From an uncultured Oscillospiraceae bacterium (GTDB lineage Bacteria > Bacillota > Clostridia > Oscillospirales > Acutalibacteraceae), in the NCBI GenBank assembly GCA_949297075.1, contig CASFRX010000024.1, positions 7,651-71,650 on the forward strand: 64,000 nucleotides of DNA, written 5' to 3'. A program made the translations under genes and the position numbers. Below, one piece after another: positions 29,581 to 38,630 of this stretch (its first letter is position 1; every line of letters begins with the position of its first letter). The notes under the pieces were generated by a model. That model saw only the letters and a program-made list of their open reading frames with translations, did not search any database and was not told where the DNA came from.

Positions 29581-29921
29581 TATTCCCAGGTTTTCCAGAT
29601 ATCCGGCTGATAGCCGACTGTTGCTTTCTTTCCGTTTCGCACTATGGGCGTTTTGAAAAGCGCAGGATTTTCAAGCAGCTTTTCTTCTTTAGCGTCCGTG
29701 GTAGCAAGGTAAGCTATAAACAGCTCCTCATAAAGCTTTGAATCTTTATCGACAAGGTTTTCAAAACCGCCGACGGCTGATTTAACGCTTTGGTATTCGC
29801 CCTTGCTCATGCCGAATTTGGCAACATCTATCATCTGGAATTTGATTCTGCGTTCTTTGAAGTAACGCTCTGCTTTTTTAGTGTCAAAGCATTTAGCTTT
29901 GCCGAAAATTTGAATGTTCAT
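29580..29921 (-). CDS. ArsC/Spx-family (YffB-like) protein
   Basis: The product MNIQIFGKAKCFDTKKAERYFKERRIKF has a thioredoxin-fold N-terminus with a single Cys. Start taken at the internal ATG 29921. Confidence 0.75.
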   Translation of the reverse strand: MNIQIFGKAKCFDTKKAERYFKERRIKFQMIDVAKFGMSKGEYQSVKSAVGGFENLVDKDSKLYEELFIAYLATTDAKEEKLLENPALFKTPIVRNGKKATVGYQPDIWKTWE

Positions 29922-29925
29922 GAGG

Positions 29926-31434
29926 TTAGTTATTCTCGCTTTTAGCAGCAATTTCAAGTGTTTTTGCGCTGCGCTTTGCGTTTAGTTCTTCAAGCATGTT
30001 GTTGCGGAACTTGCCGTGAACATTAAAGAATATCATGGAGAAGCCGTAGCCGAAACGGGCTATTGCAGGAGCAAGGCAGAAAATTGCCCATATACCTTGA
30101 AGAACTGAGGGGTCAGTTTGAGGAACAAGGTTACCTGCAATATCCTTAATAGGCTCGTAGTGGATGAACTCAAGAACAAGGCCCGAAAGAGCGCCGATAA
30201 GTGTTCCGGAAAGCTTTGTAACATAGCCGGAAACAGCATTAACAAGACCCTCGTTGCGAACGCCTGATTTCCATTCAAGATAATCATAAACATCACCCTG
30301 AATAACAGGGTCGCAAACACCCATCAGGCAGTTAGGCAAACCGCATATAGTGAGCATTACAATGACAAAAGCAAAGTTTGGAATAGTAAAACCGCCGCCA
30401 AAGGGCTTGTAGCCGATAAGGTAAAGGGTTGTATAAGCTGTGCCGCCAAACAAACCGGCGCAGATGGCGCAGGTGCGAACACCGAAACGCTTGATAAGCT
30501 TTGGCGCAAGAGGAGTTATAATGTAGTTAGGTATACCTGTAAACAGGCCGCATATAGTTCCGTTTGTGAGCCTGCCCGTGTTGTTGGCCCAGAACAGGCT
30601 TTCGTTTGCGCCGCCTATGCCTTTGACGCTTGAGAAGAAGGTTGAAAGAATTTTGACGAACAGAGGACGGTTTGAAAGCGTATACTTGATTGATTTAAGA
30701 ATGGAAACATTTTCCATATCTTCTTTTGACGCAATCGGCACACGCTCTTTAATATTTTTGAAAGCAAATATTGAGCAAAGTACCAAAATACCAACAAAGA
30801 AGAACGCAAAGCCGCCGTAAATGCCTTCCTGGCTCCAGCCTGTAAGGCCGGGAAGAAAGTCAACGGTAATAGGTACCATAGACGGAATCCATACGCCGAA
30901 CAGATCAACGAATTTTTGAATTGTAATCAGGTTGTTTCGTTCATTTAAGTTTGGCGTAATGTTGTAAAGCAAAATTGTCCATGCGTTGTAGTATGACCAG
31001 CCGATTGAATTGAGAACGCTGATTGCTACGGCATAGATTGTCCTGTACTGCATGGGAATTGCATAAGGAACAAGGAAGAACAGCATGGTGCAGATTGCCC
31101 AAATAGGCATAGGCAATATAAGGAAAGGACGAAGTCTGCCCCAACGGGTGCGGCATCGGTCAATAATAATGCCTGAAAGCGGATCGTCCAAAGCGTCCCA
31201 AATGCTTGTAACGGCATTCATTGTTGCGATACCTGCGCCGGAAATGCCCGTATAGTTGAGCAGGAAATACTGCTTCCATGTGTCAACATACGAGTTGAGG
31301 TTTTTAGTGCCGTATGATGTTAAAACATAAGCAGCAATTTCTTTGGGGGTTAAGAATCTGCGATTTTGTTTGTCAAGCAACGGAGTTTGTGTAGGTTCTA
31401 TTGTGTTAAGAACGCTGTTGTTGTTCTCCTGCAT
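29926..31434 (-). CDS. GPH-family (MelB-like) glycoside:cation symporter, MFS superfamily
   Basis: About 12 TM segments. DALDDPLSGIIIDR motif typical of GPH transporters. Confidence 0.8.
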   Translation of the reverse strand: MQENNNSVLNTIEPTQTPLLDKQNRRFLTPKEIAAYVLTSYGTKNLNSYVDTWKQYFLLNYTGISGAGIATMNAVTSIWDALDDPLSGIIIDRCRTRWGRLRPFLILPMPIWAICTMLFFLVPYAIPMQYRTIYAVAISVLNSIGWSYYNAWTILLYNITPNLNERNNLITIQKFVDLFGVWIPSMVPITVDFLPGLTGWSQEGIYGGFAFFFVGILVLCSIFAFKNIKERVPIASKEDMENVSILKSIKYTLSNRPLFVKILSTFFSSVKGIGGANESLFWANNTGRLTNGTICGLFTGIPNYIITPLAPKLIKRFGVRTCAICAGLFGGTAYTTLYLIGYKPFGGGFTIPNFAFVIVMLTICGLPNCLMGVCDPVIQGDVYDYLEWKSGVRNEGLVNAVSGYVTKLSGTLIGALSGLVLEFIHYEPIKDIAGNLVPQTDPSVLQGIWAIFCLAPAIARFGYGFSMIFFNVHGKFRNNMLEELNAKRSAKTLEIAAKSENN

Positions 31435-31468
31435 TTCTTCACCTCATGTTTATTTTTTTTTGAAATTT

Positions 31469-32536
31469 TTATACTTCAACAAGCCAGCCCATATCGTCGG
31501 GAACTATGCCGTTCTGCATACCTACGATTGTATCGTAAAGCTTTTGTGCCGTGGGGCCGATTTTGCCATCGTTGATGATGAGCTTCTCATCGCCTGTGAA
31601 AAGTTCGCCGATGGGAGAAATAACAGCGGCTGTACCTGTTCCGAAAGCCTCCTCAAGAGTGCCGTTATGTGCCGCATCGATGATTTCCTGGAGTGCAAGC
31701 TTGCGCTCGCTTACATTGCAGCCCCATTTGCGAAGCAGCTCAAGGCAGGACATTCTTGTGATACCGCTGAGAATTGTGCCTTCAAGAGAGGGGGTTACTA
31801 TTTCACCGTTGATTTTGAAGAAAACATTCATTGTGCCGACTTCTTCAACATACTTTCTCTCTACGCCGTCAAGCCAAAGAACCTGTGCGTAGCCGAGCTT
31901 GTTTGCATCGTCCTGTGCCTTGAGGGAAGCGGAATAGTTACCGCCTGTTTTTGTAAAGCCCATGCCGCCCTTAACAGCTCTGACATAGTTGCGCTCAACA
32001 TAAATTTTAACGGGGTTGATGCCCTCTTTGTAGTAAGAGCCGACAGGGGACATGATCACGATGAACATAAGGTGATGAGCGGGGTGAACGCCTACATGGG
32101 GGTCGACAGCGATAATAAATGGTCTTATGTAGAGGGCTGTGTTTTCGCCCTCAGGAATCCATTCTTCATCAATCTCAACAAGCTTTCTGATAGCGTCTAT
32201 CATAAATGCCTCGTCAAACTGAGGAATGCAAAGACGCTCGTTGGAAACATTGAGGCGAGCCATATTTTTATCGGGACGGAAAAGAACAGCCTTGCCTGTT
32301 GCTTTTGAATGATAAGCTTTCATGCCTTCAAAAACTTCCTGTGCGTAGTGCAGGCACATTGCAGCGGGTTCAAGAGCAATAGGGCCGTAAGGTACGATTC
32401 TGGGATCAACCCAACCTTTGCCCTCGTAATAGTCCATAATGAACATATGGTCTGTGAAGTAGTTGCCGAAGCCGAGCCCTTCAACAGCGGGTTTGGCTTT
32501 CTTTTCTGTTGTGAGTGTGATTTTGATTTCCTGCAT
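31469..32536 (-). CDS. ilvE: branched-chain amino-acid aminotransferase
   Basis: 355 aa with class IV aminotransferase motifs (EVFEGMKAY, TKTGGNY, GITR). Confidence 0.9.
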   Translation of the reverse strand: MQEIKITLTTEKKAKPAVEGLGFGNYFTDHMFIMDYYEGKGWVDPRIVPYGPIALEPAAMCLHYAQEVFEGMKAYHSKATGKAVLFRPDKNMARLNVSNERLCIPQFDEAFMIDAIRKLVEIDEEWIPEGENTALYIRPFIIAVDPHVGVHPAHHLMFIVIMSPVGSYYKEGINPVKIYVERNYVRAVKGGMGFTKTGGNYSASLKAQDDANKLGYAQVLWLDGVERKYVEEVGTMNVFFKINGEIVTPSLEGTILSGITRMSCLELLRKWGCNVSERKLALQEIIDAAHNGTLEEAFGTGTAAVISPIGELFTGDEKLIINDGKIGPTAQKLYDTIVGMQNGIVPDDMGWLVEV

Positions 32537-32799
32537 TTTAAATCTCTCCTGAAAGTTGAATTAAATTGCGTCTGTTGGCCGTTGTAAAAAAAGCGGGGCA
32601 GCCGTTAAATGTGCTATTAATTAATACTTAGCCATTATGGATAAATAATAGCACAATATTTTTTCACTTTCAATACTATTGCAGCAAAAATAACACGATA
32701 TTTTATTAATCTGGATTTTCGGGCGGTATTTTCAGCAATTACACAAATTGTTCCTCTTATTGTCAATTTATATTGTAAAATTTGAATGTGCCTAAGTGC

Positions 32800-32827
32800 T
32801 TGATTTTTTTATATGTAGGAGTATAAT
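32800..32827 (+). promoter_or_regulatory. candidate sigma-A promoter of the NuoE/F-like operon
   Basis: TTGATT (32800-32805), a 16-nt spacer, then TATAAT (32822-32827). Confidence 0.4.
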
Positions 32828-32856
32828 TAGTTTACTATCAAAATGGAGTGATTTTT

Positions 32857-33363
32857 ATGTCATGTAGTTGCTCTTGCAATAAGAGTGATTTATCGCTGCT
32901 CAATGAAACATTGGAGCATTATGCCAAAATACCCGGCAGCCTTATTACGATTTTGCAAAAGGCTCAGGGAATATACGGCTATCTTCCTGCAGATGTGCTT
33001 AACCATATCGCTAAGGAAACAGGTATAGCGGCGGCAAAGGTTTTCGGCGTGGCCACCTTTTATACCCAGTTTAGATTTAAGCCTGTGGGCAAGTATTTGA
33101 TTATGCTTTGCCAGGGCACGGCTTGCCATGTTAACGGCTCGCTTATGCTCGAGAAAACTATATTTGACACTCTCGGCATCAAGGACGGAGAAACAACAGA
33201 GGACAATCTTTTTACTCTTAAAAATGTTGCCTGCCTCGGCTGCTGCTCTCTTTCTCCCGTTATGATGATAAATGATGAAACCTACGGCAATTTAACGCCC
33301 GAAAAGGTTCGTAAAATTCTGGCTGAGCTCAGAGAAGCCGCCGAAAAGGAGGCTGATGAATAA
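32857..33363 (+). CDS. NuoE/HydC-like [2Fe-2S] subunit (StnA-like)
   Basis: Thioredoxin-like 2Fe-2S Cys pattern (CQGTAC...CLGCC). ATG 32857 sits 8 nt after GGAG. Confidence 0.85.
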   Translation: MSCSCSCNKSDLSLLNETLEHYAKIPGSLITILQKAQGIYGYLPADVLNHIAKETGIAAAKVFGVATFYTQFRFKPVGKYLIMLCQGTACHVNGSLMLEKTIFDTLGIKDGETTEDNLFTLKNVACLGCCSLSPVMMINDETYGNLTPEKVRKILAELREAAEKEADE

Positions 33364-35108
33364 TGAAAACAGTTAAAGTCGGTCAGGGCAGCTGCGGTAT
33401 TTCCGCAGGCGCAGCAAAGGTTTATTCGGCTCTTGAGGCTCAAAACCTTAACGCAAAGCTCACTGTAACGGGCTGTATAGGTATGTGCTACCTTGAGCCC
33501 ATTGTTGATGTATATGATGAAAATAATGAGCTTACAAGACTTGTACGGGTCAGCGAAGACGATGCTCAGGCAATAGCTGATTTCGTAAACACAGGAGATG
33601 TGACGAAGGTCGAAGGCTTGCTTGTTTCTAAAGAGGATAAAATGTTCCTCGAAAATCAAACAAGAATCGCCTTGCGCGGCTGCGGTGTTATAAATCCTGA
33701 TGAAATTGAGGATTATATCGAAAACGGCGGCTATACCGCACTGAAAAAAGCTCTTTGCGAAATGACGCCCGAAGCTGTAATCGAAGAGATTAAAACAGCG
33801 GGCTTGGCAGGCAGAGGCGGTGCAGGCTTCCCCACATGGTTTAAGTGGAATGCCGCAAGATCAAGCCAAGGCGAAGAAAAATATCTTATCTGTAATGCTG
33901 ACGAGGGCGATCCCGGCGCATTTATGGATAGAGCTGTTATCGAAAGCAATCCTCATAACCTTATTGAAGGTATGCTTATCGGCGCATATGCAATAGGTGC
34001 AAAAGAAGCTATTGTCTATGTCCGTGCAGAATATCCTCTTGCGATCATCCGCCTTGAGAGAGCCATTGAACAGGCAAAAGAAAAGGGCATAATCGGCGAG
34101 AATATTTTCGGCACAGGCTTTTCGTGCAGCTTCCGCATTAAAGCAGGCGCAGGCGCATTTGTCTGCGGCGAAGAAACAGCGCTTATAGAGTCTCTCGAAG
34201 GCTCAAGAGGTATGCCTCGCCTTAAGCCTCCTTTCCCTGCTCAGTCAGGTTATTGGCGCAAGCCCTCTAATATAAACAATGTTGAAACCTTTGCCAATGT
34301 TTCGTGGATTATATTAAACGGCGGTGAAGAATTTGCAAAGCTTGGCACTCCCGACAGCCGAGGCACAAAGGTTTTTGCAATTACAGGCAAAATCAAGCGT
34401 GGCGGCTTAGTTGAAATACCAATGGGCAAAAAGCTCTCCGATGTCATTTTCGGCATCGGCGGCGGCATGAAAACCGATAAGGAATTTAAGTGCGTTCAGC
34501 TCGGCGGCCCCTCCGGCGGCTGTATACCGGCTGATATGCAGGATACTGAGATTGACTATAAGAAGCTTTCCGCTACAGGCGCAATCATGGGCTCAGGCGG
34601 TATGGTTGTAATGGATGAGAGCACCTGTATGGTCGGTATGGCTCGTTTCTTCCTTGATTTCACCGCTAAAGAGTCTTGCGGCAAGTGCACTCATTGCCGT
34701 ATCGGCACAAAGCGTTTGCTTGAAATTCTTGACAGAATTTGCAAGGGCGAGGGTAAAGAGGGTGATATCGAGCTTCTTGAGGAAACCTGCAACGAAATCA
34801 AGGCAGGCGCACTTTGCGGCCTCGGTCAGACTGCTCCGAACCCTGTTTTGACTACTATTAAATACTATAGAGACGAATACGAAGCTCATATCAAAGAAAA
34901 GCGTTGCCCGGCAGGGGAATGTATTGATTTGCTCACTTATTCAATTAATGCCGAAAAGTGCAAGGGATGTTCACTTTGCAGTAAAAGATGTCCTGTCGGC
35001 GCAATCAGCGGCGAAATTAAAAAGCCATATATTATTGATAACGAAAAATGTATCAAATGCGGTCAGTGTATGGATTCCTGCCGCTTTGGTGCAGTTGAAA
35101 AGAAGTAA
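33363..35108 (+). CDS. NuoF/HydB-like NADH- and FMN-binding iron-sulfur subunit (StnB-like)
   Basis: GRGGAGFPT FMN motif, ESCGKCTHCR 4Fe-4S motif, and a C-terminal 2x[4Fe-4S] ferredoxin domain. Confidence 0.9.
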   Translation: MKTVKVGQGSCGISAGAAKVYSALEAQNLNAKLTVTGCIGMCYLEPIVDVYDENNELTRLVRVSEDDAQAIADFVNTGDVTKVEGLLVSKEDKMFLENQTRIALRGCGVINPDEIEDYIENGGYTALKKALCEMTPEAVIEEIKTAGLAGRGGAGFPTWFKWNAARSSQGEEKYLICNADEGDPGAFMDRAVIESNPHNLIEGMLIGAYAIGAKEAIVYVRAEYPLAIIRLERAIEQAKEKGIIGENIFGTGFSCSFRIKAGAGAFVCGEETALIESLEGSRGMPRLKPPFPAQSGYWRKPSNINNVETFANVSWIILNGGEEFAKLGTPDSRGTKVFAITGKIKRGGLVEIPMGKKLSDVIFGIGGGMKTDKEFKCVQLGGPSGGCIPADMQDTEIDYKKLSATGAIMGSGGMVVMDESTCMVGMARFFLDFTAKESCGKCTHCRIGTKRLLEILDRICKGEGKEGDIELLEETCNEIKAGALCGLGQTAPNPVLTTIKYYRDEYEAHIKEKRCPAGECIDLLTYSINAEKCKGCSLCSKRCPVGAISGEIKKPYIIDNEKCIKCGQCMDSCRFGAVEKK

Positions 35109-35117
35109 AGGAGGGGA

Positions 35118-37793
35118 ATGACAATGAGCGAAATGTTAAATGTTATAATTGACGGCGTAAGCGTTCAGGCTGCGTCCGGTATGACTATAGTTGAAGCGGC
35201 AAAGCTTGCAGGTGTTGAAATTCCCACTCTTTGTCACGACAAAAGAATCGAAGCTTACGGCGCTTGCGGCATCTGTGTTGTTGAGGTCGCAGGTGTGCCA
35301 AAACTTCTTCGTGCTTGCTCAACCAAAATCAGCGACGGTATGGTGGTAAACACTAATTCTGAAAGAGTGGTAAAATCACGCAAATTTGCCCTTGATATGC
35401 TTCTTTCTAACCATACGGGTGACTGTAAAGCTCCTTGCTCTCTGGCTTGCCCTGCGGGTACGGACTGTCAAGGCTATGTCGGCCTTATTGCAAACGGCGA
35501 ATATGAAGAAGCATTAAAGCTTATAAAGAAGAAAATTCCGTTGCCTGCCGCTATCGGAAGAGTTTGTCCTCACCCTTGTCAGACTGCCTGCCGCAGAGCC
35601 TTGGTTGAAGAACCGGTGCAGATAGCTTATCTGAAAGGCTTTGCTGCTGATATTGACCTTAACAGCGAGAACATCTATGTTCCCGAATTATCACCGCTTA
35701 ACGGTAAAACGGTCAGCGTTATCGGCGGCGGTCCCGGCGGATTGACAGCGGCTTACTTCCTGCGCATTAAGGGCTATAGCGTTAAAGTTTACGATAAAAT
35801 GCCTAAAATGGGCGGTATGCTTCGCTACGGTATTCCGCAGTACAGATTGCCTAAGGAGCTTCTTGATAAGGAAATTAAGCTAATTGAAGATCTCGGTATT
35901 GAGATGATAAATAATAAAACACTCGGCATTGATTTCACAATAGAAAGCCTTAAGGCAGAAAGCGATGCTGTTGTTGTTGCAGTCGGCGCTTGGAAGAGCA
36001 GTCCCATGCGTGTTGCAGGCGAAGATTTAGGCTGTGTATACGGCGGTATTGATTTCCTGCGCAGTGTAATTGAGGGCAAGCCCTTTGAAATCGGAAAAAA
36101 AGTTGCTGTTTGCGGCGGCGGTAACACCGCAATGGATGCTTGCAGAACAGCTGTTCGTTTGGGTGCGGATGAGGTTTATGTTATCTACCGCAGAACCCGC
36201 GATGAAATGCCTGCCGAAAAGCTGGAAATTGACGAGGCCGAGGAAGAGGGCGTAATTTATAAGTTCCTCACAAATCCTGCTGAAATTATAGGCGAAAACG
36301 GCAAAGTCAGCGCAATAAAGCTTCAGGTTATGGAGCTTGGCGAGCCTGATGCAAGCGGCAGACGCTCACCTGTGCCTGTTGAGGGCAAGTTTGAAATGCT
36401 TCCTGTTGACAGCGTAATTATGGCTATAGGTCAGCAGACTGATGTCAGTGGCCTTGACGGTTTGGAGCTTACTCGCAAGAATACAATCGTTGCCGATGAG
36501 GAAACATTTATGACTAATATTGACGGCGTCTTCGCTGTTGGCGATGCCACAAACAAGGGTGCGTCAATAGCTGTTGCCGCAATAGGCGAAGCTCAGAAGG
36601 CTGCAGATGTTATTGACAGCTACCTTAACGGCTTTACGGTAGGCTACCGCAAGCCCTTTGTTGTTGAAAGGGAAGTTACAGCGGCTGATTTGGCAGACAG
36701 AGAAAAGATAGCCGCCGCAAAAATGCCCACAGTTGAAGCAGGAGAGAGAAAGCACAATTTCAAGGAAGTCGCTCTTGGTTTTGATGCCGAAACTGCAAAA
36801 GCCGAAGCTTCACGTTGCTTAGAGTGCGGTTGTTTGGATTATTTCAAATGTAAGCTTCTCAAATTCTCAAGAATGTACGATGTTGATCCTGCTGTTTACG
36901 GCGGCGAAAAAACTGTAGCAGGCAAGGATTCAACTCATCCTTATCTTATCCACGATAACGATAAATGTGTGCTTTGCGGTCAGTGCGTAAGAGTTTGTGA
37001 TGAGGTGATGGGCGTAACTGCTTTAGGTCTTGTTAACCGTGGCTTTGTTACTGTTGTTTCTCCTGAATTTAATCAGACTCTTGATTCTTCACGCTGTATC
37101 TCCTGCGGTCAGTGTGCCGCGTTCTGCCCAACAGGCGCATTGGAGCCTAAGGTGCCGTTTAAAAAGAATGTACCTCTTGATACAAAGGTTACAAAGACAA
37201 ATTGCACAGGCTGCGCTAAGCTTTGCGAAATGAATGTGCATACTGTAGGCTCAACCGTTGTTCGTTGCGAACCTACAGACAGCAATGTTATTTGTAAGGT
37301 TGGTGCCTTCGATTTGGCGGCTGTTGTTAATAATCCGGACAGAGTTAAATCCTGCACAGTTGACGGCAAGGCTGTAACAAGGGCAGAAGCCCTTGAGACG
37401 GCGGCTGAAAGAGCAAAGAGAACAGTCGTTCTCGTAAATTCTTCGATGAGCAATGAAGCTCTTGATGAAGCTGTATCTTTTGCAAAATCAGCTAATGCAG
37501 ATATTATGTACTTTAACGCAGTTGAATATATTGAAGCTGAGCTTAAAGCCTTTGGCGAAAAGAGAAAACAGGGTGCGAATATGCCGAAAATCGAAGCTCT
37601 CGGCATTGGCGAATACAAGGGCGAAATTTACGACAGCGCCGTAGTTTTCGGCGGTAAACTTCCTGAAATCAGCTGCAAAATACTTGCTGCAGAAGTTTTT
37701 GAGAGCGTTAATGCCGAAATTCTAATTAAAGCTCAATCAAGCCTTGAAAAGTCAGAATCCTATTCTGATATTAAAACCGTAAAAGTGCTTTAA
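35118..37793 (+). CDS. NuoG-like Fe-S protein with an inserted GltD/NfnB-like FAD/NAD(P)H module and a truncated molybdopterin-oxidoreductase-like tail (StnC-like)
   Basis: N-terminal 2Fe-2S domain (CHDKRIEAYGACGICVVEV). The HTGDC motif runs straight into GltD-like CPAG...CPHPC clusters and two GGGPGG / GGGNTAMD dinucleotide folds. 4Fe-4S motifs follow (CVLCGQCVRVC, CISCGQCAAFC), then a CTGCAKLC MopB-type cluster. The likely start is ATG 35124. Confidence 0.8.
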   Translation: MTMSEMLNVIIDGVSVQAASGMTIVEAAKLAGVEIPTLCHDKRIEAYGACGICVVEVAGVPKLLRACSTKISDGMVVNTNSERVVKSRKFALDMLLSNHTGDCKAPCSLACPAGTDCQGYVGLIANGEYEEALKLIKKKIPLPAAIGRVCPHPCQTACRRALVEEPVQIAYLKGFAADIDLNSENIYVPELSPLNGKTVSVIGGGPGGLTAAYFLRIKGYSVKVYDKMPKMGGMLRYGIPQYRLPKELLDKEIKLIEDLGIEMINNKTLGIDFTIESLKAESDAVVVAVGAWKSSPMRVAGEDLGCVYGGIDFLRSVIEGKPFEIGKKVAVCGGGNTAMDACRTAVRLGADEVYVIYRRTRDEMPAEKLEIDEAEEEGVIYKFLTNPAEIIGENGKVSAIKLQVMELGEPDASGRRSPVPVEGKFEMLPVDSVIMAIGQQTDVSGLDGLELTRKNTIVADEETFMTNIDGVFAVGDATNKGASIAVAAIGEAQKAADVIDSYLNGFTVGYRKPFVVEREVTAADLADREKIAAAKMPTVEAGERKHNFKEVALGFDAETAKAEASRCLECGCLDYFKCKLLKFSRMYDVDPAVYGGEKTVAGKDSTHPYLIHDNDKCVLCGQCVRVCDEVMGVTALGLVNRGFVTVVSPEFNQTLDSSRCISCGQCAAFCPTGALEPKVPFKKNVPLDTKVTKTNCTGCAKLCEMNVHTVGSTVVRCEPTDSNVICKVGAFDLAAVVNNPDRVKSCTVDGKAVTRAEALETAAERAKRTVVLVNSSMSNEALDEAVSFAKSANADIMYFNAVEYIEAELKAFGEKRKQGANMPKIEALGIGEYKGEIYDSAVVFGGKLPEISCKILAAEVFESVNAEILIKAQSSLEKSESYSDIKTVKVL

Positions 37794-37810
37794 TAGCCGA
37801 TTAAATTTAA

Positions 37811-37866
37811 AAGCCGATGAATTGTGTTGAACACAGCTCATCGGCTTAAATTTTTGTCATTTACTT
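37811..37866. terminator. bidirectional terminator
   Basis: AAGCCGATGA (37811-37820) pairs with TCATCGGCTT (37848-37857), followed by AAATTTTT. Confidence 0.75.
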
Positions 37867-38625
37867 ATTCAGCAGCTCTTTAAACTCAACAATGGATTTT
37901 TGGTTTGCAAAAACGACAGAACTGCTATGGGTTAACATAAGAGATTTTCCGTCAAAGGTTTGCGCTATGCCACCGGCTTCGGTTATAATAAGCCATCCGG
38001 CTGCATAATCCCAAGGCTGAAGCTCTCTTTCAAAGAAAACCTCGCATCTGCCGCAGGCTACAGTGCAAATATCATATGCCGCTGAGCCGCTTCGCCGAAT
38101 ATCTCTTGTGTAATCGAATACTTTTCTTAAAATGGTAAATGTTTCGTCGGTATATTCCGGCTTATACGGTGAGGTGCCGAAAAGCGCCATGCCGTTCGAA
38201 AGTGAACGCTCGCTCACTTTTATCTGCTTGCCGTTGAGATATGCGCCTTTGCCTTTTTCTGCGCTGAAAACCTCGGCAGTATAGGGATTATAAACCACTG
38301 CCATTATGGTCTCGTTTCCGTCGCAAAGAGCAACGGAAATACAGCTGCAACGGTAATCCTGCATAAAATTCGTTGTGCCGTCAATGGGGTCGATAATAAA
38401 ACGCAGGTTAGCGTTAAGCAGATTGTTTTCTCCCTCTTCGCCTACGAAATCAGCATTGGGTACAGCTTTTTTCAGCTCTTCAAAAAGATACTGCTGTACG
38501 GCAACATCATATTTTGTCACAAAGTTGTTGCTGCCTTCTTTTGCTGTAATTGAGCTCTCTTGATTGTGTGCCGTCAGCATTATTTCGCCGGCAGCTTTAA
38601 CGATGCTTATTATTCTCTCTAACAT
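37861..38625 (-). CDS. inositol monophosphatase family protein
   Basis: IDPIDGTTNF and WDYAAG motifs. Confidence 0.9.
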   Translation of the reverse strand: MLERIISIVKAAGEIMLTAHNQESSITAKEGSNNFVTKYDVAVQQYLFEELKKAVPNADFVGEEGENNLLNANLRFIIDPIDGTTNFMQDYRCSCISVALCDGNETIMAVVYNPYTAEVFSAEKGKGAYLNGKQIKVSERSLSNGMALFGTSPYKPEYTDETFTILRKVFDYTRDIRRSGSAAYDICTVACGRCEVFFERELQPWDYAAGWLIITEAGGIAQTFDGKSLMLTHSSSVVFANQKSIVEFKELLNK

Positions 38626-38630
38626 AAGTT

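Noticed and set aside
32611-32654. 9-bp perfect inverted repeat (GTGCTATTA...TAATAGCAC) in the ilvE / NuoE-like divergent intergenic region, as a possible operator or riboregulator.
   Set aside because: It is AT-rich with a 26-nt spacer and has no associated U-tract or second copy. It could easily arise by chance in AT-rich promoter DNA, so it is not reported as a feature.
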